A DNA stretch of 64,000 nt from an uncultured Pseudomonadota bacterium (GCA_963836235.1 CAWIIP010000002.1:448001-512000); one strand, 5' to 3'; positions 49,171 through 59,816 are shown, counted from the stretch's first letter. Notes: generated by a model not told the origin, from the sequence alone. A program made the numbers and translations.

Positions 49171-49881
49171 CTACTCATTCGCCCAATAAACCACCAAATC
49201 GCCGACAAAAACCCCTGGTCCATTTTCTTTAATCGTCTCGATCCCAAGATCCAACTCGATTCTTTGTTTCAATTGACTGTTATTCAGTCGAAAATCCGCC
49301 TTGAGGTTCAATGTGGTTCGAACCTCGAAATCGATTTTAATTTTAGGGAAATTAGGTTTAGGCGGATAAGAAAAAAATGCCCTCATTTCCCGTTTTTCCT
49401 CTGATTTAGGAGGCTTATTGGATTTGGACGCATCGGTAGCCGCCACAATCCGGTACACACTGACAGCGTTCGGGTCTTTTAGATTAACTTGGATCGCCTT
49501 AAACCAGCCAGGATATTGCTCCGAATCCACTGGAGAATAAATCATATCAAGGGGATGGACCGCGGCTTTTCCACCTTGCGAGTCATCGTTCACCATCACG
49601 CCGCTGATGTAAACGGACTTGCTTTGCATGTTCTGCACAGACTGAAAAAAAACCTGCCGCCCCGAGGTCTCTAACCTCACCTTAAGTTCCAGATGGCCGC
49701 TGGTATTCGCAACTTTGTTTCGATTCAAAAGGTACTGCTTGTCATCGGGAACAAACCTCGCGGTGAATTCACCTTCTGGGTTTACACCGGGAACTCCGGT
49801 TAATTTGCCCGCAACATTTGAGAGATACACATTACAATCCACAAGTGGGTTTTTCTTGCCAAACATGTCCATAAAGCCCAT
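49171..49881 (-). CDS. hypothetical cytoplasmic protein
   Basis: long ORF; SD GAGGAG before MGFMDMFGKK; no recognised motif. Confidence 0.7.
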   Translation of the reverse strand: MGFMDMFGKKNPLVDCNVYLSNVAGKLTGVPGVNPEGEFTARFVPDDKQYLLNRNKVANTSGHLELKVRLETSGRQVFFQSVQNMQSKSVYISGVMVNDDSQGGKAAVHPLDMIYSPVDSEQYPGWFKAIQVNLKDPNAVSVYRIVAATDASKSNKPPKSEEKREMRAFFSYPPKPNFPKIKIDFEVRTTLNLKADFRLNNSQLKQRIELDLGIETIKENGPGVFVGDLVVYWANE

Positions 49882-50103
49882 AAGTCCTCCTCGATAAAAA
49901 AACATTCGACAACTATGATACCTCCATTTTCTTGAAATTTCGGACGCTTTCACAACAACTTAAAAACAAAAAGTGGTCGTATTTTAAACACTATTTTTTG
50001 GGCGCCACATTCATTATTGACTTCACAAAATCACCGCACTAAACCAGTGTTAGATTCGTATTTGTTTTAATGACATTACATCCAACTCATACGGCGGGAA
50101 ACT

Positions 50104-50433
50104 TTGGGCTCCGAAAAACGATCAACCAAGAGAAAAGAGTTTCATGGACTGGTTCAAATGGATGATCCAGGGGGCTCTCAGATAAAAAATTCCTCTGAAA
50201 ATGAAAGCCATCCCCTTCATCTAACGGCCATCAATATCAGCAAGGATGGCATTTGCCTGAGAACTGAGTATTTCTTTATCCCTGATCACTTATTTCAGCT
50301 GGATTTCAGTTTTATGGATAAAAACATTCATACTCTAGCCCGGGTGGTATGGTCGGAAAAAACCGCCTGCGGCCTCCAATTTTTGAATCCAAATGAACTT
50401 GCTGAAATCTTCGAAAAAGTGCCGAATGATTAG
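50104..50433 (+). CDS. stand-alone PilZ-domain protein
   Basis: RSTKR (RxxxR), NISKDG (D/NxSxxG), ARVVW, GLQF. Confidence 0.85.
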   Translation: MGSEKRSTKRKEFHGLVQMDDPGGSQIKNSSENESHPLHLTAINISKDGICLRTEYFFIPDHLFQLDFSFMDKNIHTLARVVWSEKTACGLQFLNPNELAEIFEKVPND

Positions 50434-50563
50434 AGATAATATCCACTAATACGGCGAACCCATTTTTTTCCCCGTTCGAATCCCTTTCCCACTTAATCCC
50501 TTGAATATTGGTCAGGATTGCTTCTATTGTTGGCTTGAACCATCCAATACGCAGGAGGCTTTT

Positions 50564-51550
<987 letters not shown>

Positions 51551-51564
51551 GAATCGTTCAGAAG

Positions 51565-52344
51565 CTAAGAATTTTTAGGCGCCGGCTCGGATGCGCCGCC
51601 GAATTGCGTCGCGGCATTTCCATAAAAGGTCATCGTGCCCGTATGGGACAATCGGCTTTGAAGGTCAATCCAAATTTCCCCGCCTAAATCGGTCCATCGG
51701 CGGCAAAAACTGTAGTCCTCGCTCAAATAAACGCCGGTTTTCTTTTCAATAAAACAATTAAAAAGTCCGGATCGCCACTTGCTGCCACGAAGGGGGTCCT
51801 CGGCCTGATGTTCCCGAGTGTAATGAAGTTCCGGATAAGCCTCGATCATCTTGATCAATGCCTCTCTTTTAATCATCATGAAACCTGTACCGGCATAACG
51901 AACCTTGGCAAATCCATTTTTGGATTCAATCTTGGCGGGATCTTGAAACTCCATGACATAAGACAAGGAAGCCGATTCCAGGTTCCCCATTCCCGCCTTT
52001 GCCATAAGTTCCACCTTCTCCCAATCAACGCGCTTCGTGGGATAAACCCCAGCCGCCAAATCGGCATTGAAATCCAAAAGCCGGAAAACTTGCTCTGGGC
52101 CAAAGGAAATGTCGGCATCCACAAACAATAAATGGGTACCGGAACTTTCAAGAAAATGGGCCACGACATTTTGCCGGGCCCTCGTAATCAAGGCGTCCCC
52201 TGATAGCAGGTTAACACTTAAGTCGGTATTTCCCCTCTGGATACAAGCATGCTGAAGCCGCATAAGGGAAGTGGCAAAAAGGCTGGTCACAAGGCCCCCG
52301 TAACAGGGCGTTCCGATGACCAGATGGGTACGGGGTTGGGACAT
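51565..52344 (-). CDS. GT-A-fold glycosyltransferase-like protein
   Basis: IGTPCY, LITRARQ, LLFVDAD (DxD), GTGFMMI, SEDYSFC. Confidence 0.7.
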   Translation of the reverse strand: MSQPRTHLVIGTPCYGGLVTSLFATSLMRLQHACIQRGNTDLSVNLLSGDALITRARQNVVAHFLESSGTHLLFVDADISFGPEQVFRLLDFNADLAAGVYPTKRVDWEKVELMAKAGMGNLESASLSYVMEFQDPAKIESKNGFAKVRYAGTGFMMIKREALIKMIEAYPELHYTREHQAEDPLRGSKWRSGLFNCFIEKKTGVYLSEDYSFCRRWTDLGGEIWIDLQSRLSHTGTMTFYGNAATQFGGASEPAPKNS

Positions 52345-52678
52345 ACGCTTATATTACTTGAAGTTCTAGGCCTTTGCAGGCGGAAAAATCGTCGATTTTC
52401 TTGTGTGAAGAAATTTTATTTTCTTCGTGATGAATTCTCTCCAACAGAACCTGAAAGCCAAAAAGTCTAAGGCGAAAATAAATTCGCCCATTCTTTAATC
52501 CGCATAGAGAAAAACCATCGAAACTTTATCCTAAATTGGGGCCTACACTACATCCCATGGTAGTTCCACGCCATTGAAACCGGGCCTAGCATTATTTTCC
52601 CTCTATTAACCATATTTTCGGGGCGCAAGGGCTATACTTAAGGAGATAAAAATTTAGAGCGTGAAGGGATAAGTCAAA

Positions 52679-52939
52679 ATGGAAATTAATGAAAAAGATT
52701 TGGGGAAAATCGTTCAACTACCCGTCAAGCCCGAATGGGGTTTGGGTATCATTAGCAAGATCGAGAACCGCTTCGCTTTTATAATCTTCCGAAGCACCGA
52801 AGAAAAAACAGCCAAAAAATACTATCGGGTCGAAAACCCTTTGAAATTGGCTTCTGACCAGGTCCAGCCGGATCTCACCAAAAGAGCCCGCGCGAAAAAC
52901 AAAAAGGTAAAAGTGCTCGCCATCCAGCCTACCGAATAA
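52679..52939 (+). CDS. DUF3553-like small SH3-type protein
   Basis: VQLPVKPEWGLGII motif. Confidence 0.6.
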   Translation: MEINEKDLGKIVQLPVKPEWGLGIISKIENRFAFIIFRSTEEKTAKKYYRVENPLKLASDQVQPDLTKRARAKNKKVKVLAIQPTE

Positions 52940-52993
52940 TCGGCATCCAGTTACCAGTCTTTTTCTTCAAAATGGATCTGATTCATGAAAAAA

Positions 52994-53040
52994 ATGGCGG
53001 GGTTGACGGGGCTCGAACCCGCGACCTCCTGCGTGACAGG
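52994..53040 (-). repeat. att site: duplicated 3' part of tRNA-Asp (anticodon loop to CCA)
   Basis: atggcggggttgacggggctcgaacccgcgacctcctgcgtgacagg, identical to 61673-61719. Confidence 0.95.
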
Positions 53041-53261
53041 AACTCGGAAGCTTTCGCCGACCTCGCCGGTTGAGTTAGTAATAAAATTCAGTCCCCAGCA
53101 CAATTTCAAAGGCCTTTGCCTGTAAGGGTTTTATGACCCAAGCAAGCTGAGGCCTTTTTTTGTACGCGACGGTCAAGGACACGTTGCGACGGTCAAAACC
53201 CGATTTTGACGGTCGAGTTTGACACGTATATGACGCGAGCCGTCCCCCTCAACGAAATAAA

Positions 53262-53292
53262 TCGACCTCCTGTTTTCCATGGAGGAGGTCAA
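53262..53292 (-). terminator. probable terminator after the WG-repeat gene
   Basis: GACCTCCT...AGGAGGTC hairpin followed by ATTTATTT on the minus strand. Confidence 0.5.
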
Positions 53293-53362
53293 GAATTCCT
53301 GCGATTTCCTCTACCCTTTGTCATATTCGTGTCAAATCATAGGTCCAAAAAGTCGACTTTAT

Positions 53363-55663
53363 TCATCGGTTATAATAGTAATAATCAAACGGCATAAAAT
53401 ATTCAAAAATAGTTTCACCTTGTTTGTTTAAATAGTAAACACTTGTTCCAATATTGACTGAAGCTATTCCTTCTTCAAAATCAGTACCGCCTTCGTAAAT
53501 GGGTTGGACGATGAAATTCCCCTTTTTGTCAATGTAACCAAGGTTACCCTGTTGATCGCCTTTTCCGGGGACTCGAACAACCGCTAAACCATCATGAAAA
53601 CCCCCGACATCTAGGAACTCGGGTTTAATAACGATATTCCCATTTTTATCGATGAAACCCCATTTGCTATTGGTAACAGTTTTTCCGATTTTGACTGCGG
53701 CGTATCCTTCGGAAAAAGGTTTGGAAGTAATAAAAGCTATTTTAATTTTTAAATTACCTTTAGTGTCGATGAACCCAGACACGTCATTATCGAAATATTT
53801 GACGGCTGCGAGGCCCTCTGAAAAAGGCAAGGCAGCCTCAAAAGCGGGTTGTATAGCGAAATTTCCAGTTTTATCAATGTAACCATATTTGCAGTAACCA
53901 ACTTTGTGTTTTTCCTGCCTATCTTGAGCCGCAGCGGCCAATCCTTCGGAAAAGGAATCGGCACAGCAAAACTTCAACGGGGTAACTAATTTGCCGGAGG
54001 AATTCATATATCCTGTCTTTTCGTCTTCAACCCTGACCTGTATCAATTCTTCAGAAAATTGAGATCCGCCATCCACTTCATATTGGGGCTCGACAACAAC
54101 TTTCCCGGTCTGATCTGTAAAACCCATCTTGTTACCCTGGTAATACTTGACCAAGGTTTGACCTTTTAAAGCACATTTGGCTTTATAAGTATCTTCGTAT
54201 TGGCTCAAAGTGTTTCCGTTGGCATCTATGGAATATATATCTTTTCCAATGAAGGCCAGCCCGATACCATCAGTAGGAACATGGATTCCGAAATCATACT
54301 TTCCGGGCGAAATCAAAATTTTTCCGGTTTGGTCGACGAATCCACATTTCAAACCAGTACTCACCCTGGCCAACCCATTGTGAAATGGCCGAATATCGCT
54401 GAACCACCCCGAGATCATCTTTCCTTCGGTGTCGAAAAATCCAACTTTCTTCGATTGTAAAATCACCCCCACCACAACTTTTGCCAATTTCAGCGAGTTG
54501 TCATTAGAAGGAGGCAGGCTTTTCCAATTACCTCGATCGCAAACATAAGCATGACCTTCAAGGAAAAGGCCATAGAAGTCCGTTGTTGAAATTCCGTTCA
54601 ATTGGGTAATCTTTTTAATTGTCCTATTTAAAGCGTTTCTATCAACGTGTTGGGTTTCTAAGAGAGGTTTTCTTTTTATCACCGATGAGGATGTCCGCTT
54701 ATCTGGGGTTAAAGTGGTTATATCGTCCTGGCAGTTTTGGCAATCATCAGGCGGAGTTTGGTCGATTTCCGCAAAAACAGTTTCCCCTTTTTTATCGATT
54801 ACCGTGGTTTGAAACGCAGGTGGTGCCCCGGACCGCCTCCTGAATTCTGCATATCCATTCATAAAACTAGGTGGATAGTCCGAAAGGATGTCGGATGAAT
54901 CAATAACAACCTTCCCTGTTTTATCAATAAATTCATATCCACTGAAGTCTTCACCCTTTTCTTGTACGCAAGCCAGTCCCTCGCTAAATGATGCGGCCAG
55001 CGCGTAATCCGTTTTTATAATTTCTTTTCCACTGGCATCAATGTAGGACCAAACACCGTCTTTGTTAACGCTGGCAAGGCCTTCAGAAAAGGGGTTAACG
55101 GCTTCATAAACAACAGGTGTCACTAATTCGTTATGGGTGTTAATATAGCCGAATTTTCCATCCAGTTTGACCCAAGCCAAACCTTCTGCGAAATCCCCAA
55201 GATCATCATATTTTATATCTATAACTTCCTTTCCAATTGAATCGACGTAACCAAGTTTAGAATTTAATTTTACTTTGTAAAAGCCGTCGGAATACCCGGC
55301 GCATGTGTCATATTTGGGTGGAAGTACGATTTCACCGTTCTTGCTAACAAGTCCTATTTTCCCGCCTTTTTTAAACCACGTGACATCGCTTAAAAAGTCG
55401 CCTGCATCCTCGAATTGGGGTTGGATCGCGAGTTTCCCAGTCGTATCGACAAACCCGACCCCACCCTGAAGAAACGGAAAAAGTCTTATAGTTTTTTCAT
55501 TATTCGAATTGGAAGTGGTAGGCACTAAAAAAAACAAACTGAAAGGGATTAAAAAAAAGGGTACTTTCGATGAATTCATTTTCAGCATTCTTACTGTCTC
55601 TAAAACTCCATTAACCAGGAAGGAAAACTTCACAATTGCCATAAATGGGTTTCGCATATTCAT
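53363..55663 (-). CDS. exported WG-repeat (KWG-type) protein
   Basis: many F(S)EGLA.V...GYID..G..VI repeats; signal-like segment after Met at 55579. Confidence 0.9.
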   Translation of the reverse strand: MNMRNPFMAIVKFSFLVNGVLETVRMLKMNSSKVPFFLIPFSLFFLVPTTSNSNNEKTIRLFPFLQGGVGFVDTTGKLAIQPQFEDAGDFLSDVTWFKKGGKIGLVSKNGEIVLPPKYDTCAGYSDGFYKVKLNSKLGYVDSIGKEVIDIKYDDLGDFAEGLAWVKLDGKFGYINTHNELVTPVVYEAVNPFSEGLASVNKDGVWSYIDASGKEIIKTDYALAASFSEGLACVQEKGEDFSGYEFIDKTGKVVIDSSDILSDYPPSFMNGYAEFRRRSGAPPAFQTTVIDKKGETVFAEIDQTPPDDCQNCQDDITTLTPDKRTSSSVIKRKPLLETQHVDRNALNRTIKKITQLNGISTTDFYGLFLEGHAYVCDRGNWKSLPPSNDNSLKLAKVVVGVILQSKKVGFFDTEGKMISGWFSDIRPFHNGLARVSTGLKCGFVDQTGKILISPGKYDFGIHVPTDGIGLAFIGKDIYSIDANGNTLSQYEDTYKAKCALKGQTLVKYYQGNKMGFTDQTGKVVVEPQYEVDGGSQFSEELIQVRVEDEKTGYMNSSGKLVTPLKFCCADSFSEGLAAAAQDRQEKHKVGYCKYGYIDKTGNFAIQPAFEAALPFSEGLAAVKYFDNDVSGFIDTKGNLKIKIAFITSKPFSEGYAAVKIGKTVTNSKWGFIDKNGNIVIKPEFLDVGGFHDGLAVVRVPGKGDQQGNLGYIDKKGNFIVQPIYEGGTDFEEGIASVNIGTSVYYLNKQGETIFEYFMPFDYYYYNR

Positions 55664-56082
55664 GACATTGGATGACTTTCTTTCGGAAGCCGCAACTTTA
55701 CCGCATCGAACACCTGACGGGCCATGGCCATTGCCTCATCCGCTTCTTTCGTTTCAATTTCCTCAACGTCACCCGGATAACGAAATTTCCACGCATATTC
55801 GGTTAAGACTGCGGCTTTTCGGAGGATTGGTTCCAAGGTCCCATCCACCTTAGAACAAGCCTCTCCGAGTTCGACTAAGTTATGAGTTTTGCGGAAAGGT
55901 TGGTCATGCCAGCATAAAAACGCCTTTAAGGATTTTTCGGCTGATTGTTGGGAGTGAAACAAAACGTCTTCCAAAAAGGGAGGATCGGCTTGACGATCAA
56001 TGGTTCCGCCCCTCAAGTCCTTGGAGGCTTTTTCAAGCCAAGCCCTGGTCTCAGCAGCGCGGTCTGCCTCAAGCGGCCCCAT
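55660..56082 (-). CDS. HEPN-domain protein (HEPN-MNT pair)
   Basis: FHSQQSAEKSLKA, KTHNL, FRYPG. Confidence 0.9.
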   Translation of the reverse strand: MGPLEADRAAETRAWLEKASKDLRGGTIDRQADPPFLEDVLFHSQQSAEKSLKAFLCWHDQPFRKTHNLVELGEACSKVDGTLEPILRKAAVLTEYAWKFRYPGDVEEIETKEADEAMAMARQVFDAVKLRLPKESHPMS

Positions 56083-56392
56083 AAAGCAGACGGCCTTCCC
56101 TGAGAATAGTAGCGGGCAAGGAAGCTATCACGGCTTTTCGGCTTTCAAAGGCGGTATGGGTCCAAACCAAAACATCTGCCGCAGTTCCCGTACCCCAAAG
56201 CTTTTCATAAGCCAAACGGCTTCGGCGCAGGGGGGAGGGTGCGTTATCGGGGACTACGACCATCAAATCGAAATCGCTGTCAGGGCCTTGATCGCCCCTG
56301 GCGGTGGAGCCAAAAAGATAAATCCGCTCGGGGTGGTAAGCCTCCGCCAAACGGTTCACGATTTCAGTCAATTTTGAATCTGTTCCCTGCAT
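56069..56392 (-). CDS. minimal nucleotidyltransferase (MNT)
   Basis: LFGSTARGDQGPDSDFDL (GSx10DxD); overlaps the HEPN gene. Confidence 0.92.
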   Translation of the reverse strand: MQGTDSKLTEIVNRLAEAYHPERIYLFGSTARGDQGPDSDFDLMVVVPDNAPSPLRRSRLAYEKLWGTGTAADVLVWTHTAFESRKAVIASLPATILREGRLLYGAA

Positions 56393-56724
56393 TTGGTTGC
56401 CCCTTTGAAAAACCATTATACCCACATGAACCTTAATTTGTCGTTTCCTAGATTAACACCCCTTAAAACCAAAACCACGCTATCAGGAAGGATTAACCCC
56501 TGTTTAAACCGGCTATAACCAACAACCTACCAATTACCCCAAACTACCATTTCCCTTACCCTGTCTTTGTCTTACCCACCTACCACGCTAACCTACACCC
56601 ACCACTCCAATCCCAACCTACCACCTCTGAATACAGCTCCGGTTTGCTTTGCCTTGTCTTTGAATTTGATCTTGAATTTGAATTTTCCTTAATCTTGTTT
56701 TTAAAAATAACGTCTCCTGGTTTT

Positions 56725-58804
56725 GTAGAGTAGAACGCAGGCGCGGTAATGTGCAGTTCGGCCCTTGATCCGTGTCCACCGTTTCCGGCTTCGTGCCCCA
56801 ACGAGGGCTTCCCATCATCCCGTCTCCAGCATCCCCTCATCAAACCGTACGTGAGGTTTTCCCTCATACGGCTTTCCGACAACCTTCATCCGGCGGCGTG
56901 CGAGTAGAGCGTTGTTATCTGATACAGTCCAAGGCGTTTCAGTTCTTTCGCCGATTCCTTCCATTCCCTACGTATACCCTTCCTCCTTCGGAACAGGCGG
57001 AACCTCTTAAGAACATAAAACTGTAGTTTGGTAAAGTGTTTTCGGGTGTCCCCGATTTTGAAGTAATTGGACCATCCCCTGATTACCGGGTTTACAGTCC
57101 GAATTAAATCCACCATCGGGTACCGAAGTCGCCATGGTTCGGTCATCACCTGTTTCAAATTCTCGGTGATTTTCCTCATGGCCTTGCGGTTCGGCCAACT
57201 CAGACAGCGGGGAATTCCCCGCCCTCCGGGTGGCTTGCCATAGCAGAAATGGAATCCCAGGAAATCAAAACCTACTTTCCCAGACCACATCTCTACCAAC
57301 TGCGTCTTTTCCGGATGCAGTTCCAGCCCCAGGCGCTTCATCAAATCCTTCAAAATCCCAAGGCTTTCTTCCGCATGGCTTTGACTGGTGCACAAGACCA
57401 CAAAATCATCGGCGTAGCGCACCAGCCTTCCCAGTTTTCCGTGACGCTTGTTCCACACTTTATCCAGCACATGAAGGTAGACGTTCGAGAGCAGTGGAGA
57501 TATCACTCCTCCTTGCGGCGTGCCTTGGATAGCCGGTTCCAGCCGACCATCCACCAGCACCCCCGCTTTCAGCCATCCCCAGATCAGCTTCAACACATTC
57601 CTGTCGCTGATCCTTTGGCAGACTAGAACCATCAGCTTGTCATGGTCTATGGAGTCAAAATACTTCCGAATGTCCCCATCTACCACGAACCGATACCCAT
57701 GGTTTATCAGCTTCTTGATTTCCCCATGGGCCTGCCTGGCTCCCCGCTTTGGCCGAAAACCAAAAGAGCATTCCAAGAAATCCGCTTCAAAGACGGGCTC
57801 CACCACCTTCCGACAGGCGGCTTGGACTACCCGATCCCGGATGACCGGAATCCCCAACGGCCTCTTGCTTCCATCGGGTTTGGGTATTTCCACCCGTCTG
57901 ACCGGCTTAGGGCGGTATTCCCCATTTTGAAGTTTATATTGGAGCGCTTTCAGGAAAGGAATGACTCCTATTTCCTTCTCGATCTTTTCCAACGTCTCTC
58001 CGTCCACCCCTCCTTGGCCTTTGTTCGCCCTTACCTGTTGCCATGCCGCCACCAAGACATCCCATCGGGTCATCTTGTCGTACAGCGCATGAAACCGCCG
58101 GTTCGGGCTCCTCTTGGCCGCTCGGTATAGCTCCCTTTGAAGAGTTCGCACTTTGTCATCAGAGTTGTTAGTCTTCTCAGACATTCTCTAGCGCCTCCCT
58201 TGTCAGGTTGCTTGATTGAAGCAGGGGTCCTTCCCTCTGGATGGTTTTGTTGTCCATCCTTCATCGGTACTGTGACCCCCTCCGACTTCCTTCCGCCACG
58301 GCTCCCTTTCAGTGCCACTTTATAGGAGCCGCTCTTATGGCGGGTAGGACCTCCCAGGTTGCTTGTAAAGCCTTTCCAGCATTCCGTTCCCTATACGCCG
58401 GGGGACTCGCCCCGCTTGCTCCAGACTCTTCAGCGGGATTGTAGCCTTCACCTGCATGAACGAGGTTCGGCATCCCCTTTCACCTTTCGGTGCCTCTCTC
58501 TCGGCGCGGCAAGATTCACTTGATGTTACGGACTGCTGAATTGTTCCTCCCCTAAAGAGAGTTTATGACCTCGTTTCAAAGCACCAATTCTCACTGGTAC
58601 TTTGGAGGCTGACTTCCAGGCTCTCTGGTGATTACCTGGTCAGGACTTGGCTACCATTCACCAAATAACCCCAAATGGCATCTTCACCTAATTCACTCAT
58701 CACAACCTTTAGGATTCGACTACCACCTGAGTTTCTACCACCTACCATTACTGGTAACCTCACCTGCTGGCTCTACAAACCTTCATCTTCACTTCCTGGC
58801 ACAC
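56725..58804 (-). mobile_element. group II intron, 2080 nt, IIB-like domain V
   Basis: 5' GTGTG at 58804; DV GAAAGCCGTATGAGGGAAAACCTCACGTACGGTTT (56876-56842); 3' end CTACTCTAC at 56725; removal restores a 12-bp inverted repeat. Confidence 0.9.
56886..58184 (-). CDS. ltrA: group II intron reverse transcriptase/maturase without endonuclease domain
   Basis: RPLGIPVIRDR, GFRPKR, GTPQGGVISPLLSN, RYADD, FDFLGF, thumb IRGWSNYF. Confidence 0.96.
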   Translation of the reverse strand: MSEKTNNSDDKVRTLQRELYRAAKRSPNRRFHALYDKMTRWDVLVAAWQQVRANKGQGGVDGETLEKIEKEIGVIPFLKALQYKLQNGEYRPKPVRRVEIPKPDGSKRPLGIPVIRDRVVQAACRKVVEPVFEADFLECSFGFRPKRGARQAHGEIKKLINHGYRFVVDGDIRKYFDSIDHDKLMVLVCQRISDRNVLKLIWGWLKAGVLVDGRLEPAIQGTPQGGVISPLLSNVYLHVLDKVWNKRHGKLGRLVRYADDFVVLCTSQSHAEESLGILKDLMKRLGLELHPEKTQLVEMWSGKVGFDFLGFHFCYGKPPGGRGIPRCLSWPNRKAMRKITENLKQVMTEPWRLRYPMVDLIRTVNPVIRGWSNYFKIGDTRKHFTKLQFYVLKRFRLFRRRKGIRREWKESAKELKRLGLYQITTLYSHAAG

Positions 58805-58894
58805 CCCATGCGGAGAGGGCGAGCCCCCCTATCGTTTCTCGCATCCGTACTTGATGCAGAGATAGGGGGGCTCGCCATCGGAGCATGGGAAAAC
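58805..58894. repeat. long imperfect hairpin at the intron insertion site
   Basis: cccatgc/gcatggg, ggcgagccccc/gggggctcgcc, ctatc/gatag and gcatc/gatgc nested arms. Confidence 0.85.
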
Positions 58895-58979
58895 ACCCCT
58901 AAAAAAGCCGAAAGATTGAAATTTGGACTTCCGTCCGAATGAAAGACCGTAGGACATTTTTTCCAGAGCCAACAGGGTG

Positions 58980-59816
58980 TTATTCCGGCAGGGGGTTGCT
59001 GATTCGGAACCAGACTTTCTCGAATGGCTTGGTCGTTACCCTGCCAAAGTCGCTGACCAACCACTGGGACCTGTCCCTTTCCATGACCCAGGCCTGGAGG
59101 TTGCGGATCATCCGCCGGGCGTGGGGGTAGGTTTCCGAGACGACCAGCCGCCAGGCGTGGGGAAAGGCATCGTCCAGGTTATAGACCATCCGTTTGACCA
59201 TGTTCCAGTTATAGGCCGTCCGCTCGAATTCCAGGACAAAGGCCCGCCTGTCCCCCTGGAAGTCGGCCTCAAAGTACCCGTCCGGCGTCCTTCGGACCAA
59301 GGACTTGGCCCTTTCGTAGGCCCTAACCCGCCAGTTGCTTTCCAGCTCCCCATTGAGGAATTCGGCCTTGGTTCGCGGGGTGATACCGGCCCGCATTTCG
59401 AAGTCGCTCACCCAAAAGATGTCTTCCAGCGTGGGGGTGGCCTCCAAAGTGATTCTAAGTTCCTGAACCATAAGGTCGTGTTGTCGCTCGTAGGGGTTGA
59501 TTCGGATGGTGTGCTTCCGGCCCATGACGATCATCCGCCCTGTCTCGTCTAGGGTGCGGATGGCCGGCAGGGTCAGGAAATAAAAGTTATGCGCGAATAT
59601 ATTTTCCTTGTCGAAAAGCAAGAAACCTTTTCGAACGTATTTGCTGAGGACGTAACAGGCGTTTCGGTAGGTGCCTTGGGGATAAAACTTCTTGTGGAAA
59701 AGGTCCGGGATGGTGAACTTGTTGGAGTGAATCCAGGCAATGTGCTGGGCTTCGGTGTCGTTGATTTCCAGGTATTGGCTCACGGGCTGCCTCCTTGCAG
59801 GGAAGATTGCCTTCAT
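58980..59816 (-). CDS. replication-relaxation (Replic_Relax)-like protein: N-terminal wHTH + PD-(D/E)xK-like domain
   Basis: HDL motif, RRTPDGYF...FVLEFER; divergent from xis-int. Confidence 0.6.
   Translation of the reverse strand: MKAIFPARRQPVSQYLEINDTEAQHIAWIHSNKFTIPDLFHKKFYPQGTYRNACYVLSKYVRKGFLLFDKENIFAHNFYFLTLPAIRTLDETGRMIVMGRKHTIRINPYERQHDLMVQELRITLEATPTLEDIFWVSDFEMRAGITPRTKAEFLNGELESNWRVRAYERAKSLVRRTPDGYFEADFQGDRRAFVLEFERTAYNWNMVKRMVYNLDDAFPHAWRLVVSETYPHARRMIRNLQAWVMERDRSQWLVSDFGRVTTKPFEKVWFRISNPLPE

Noticed and set aside
52995-53040. Second tRNA-Asp gene
   Set aside because: Only the 3' 46 nt are present; no D-arm or 5' acceptor strand, so it is an att duplicate
56580-56882. 100-aa ORF MSESRMRENLTYG
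   Set aside because: Translation of intron domains V-VI and the 3' exon
56886-58184. RT as retron, DGR or defence RT
   Set aside because: Maturase thumb, domain V/VI and GTGTG...AC ends identify a group II intron; no TR/VR pair seen
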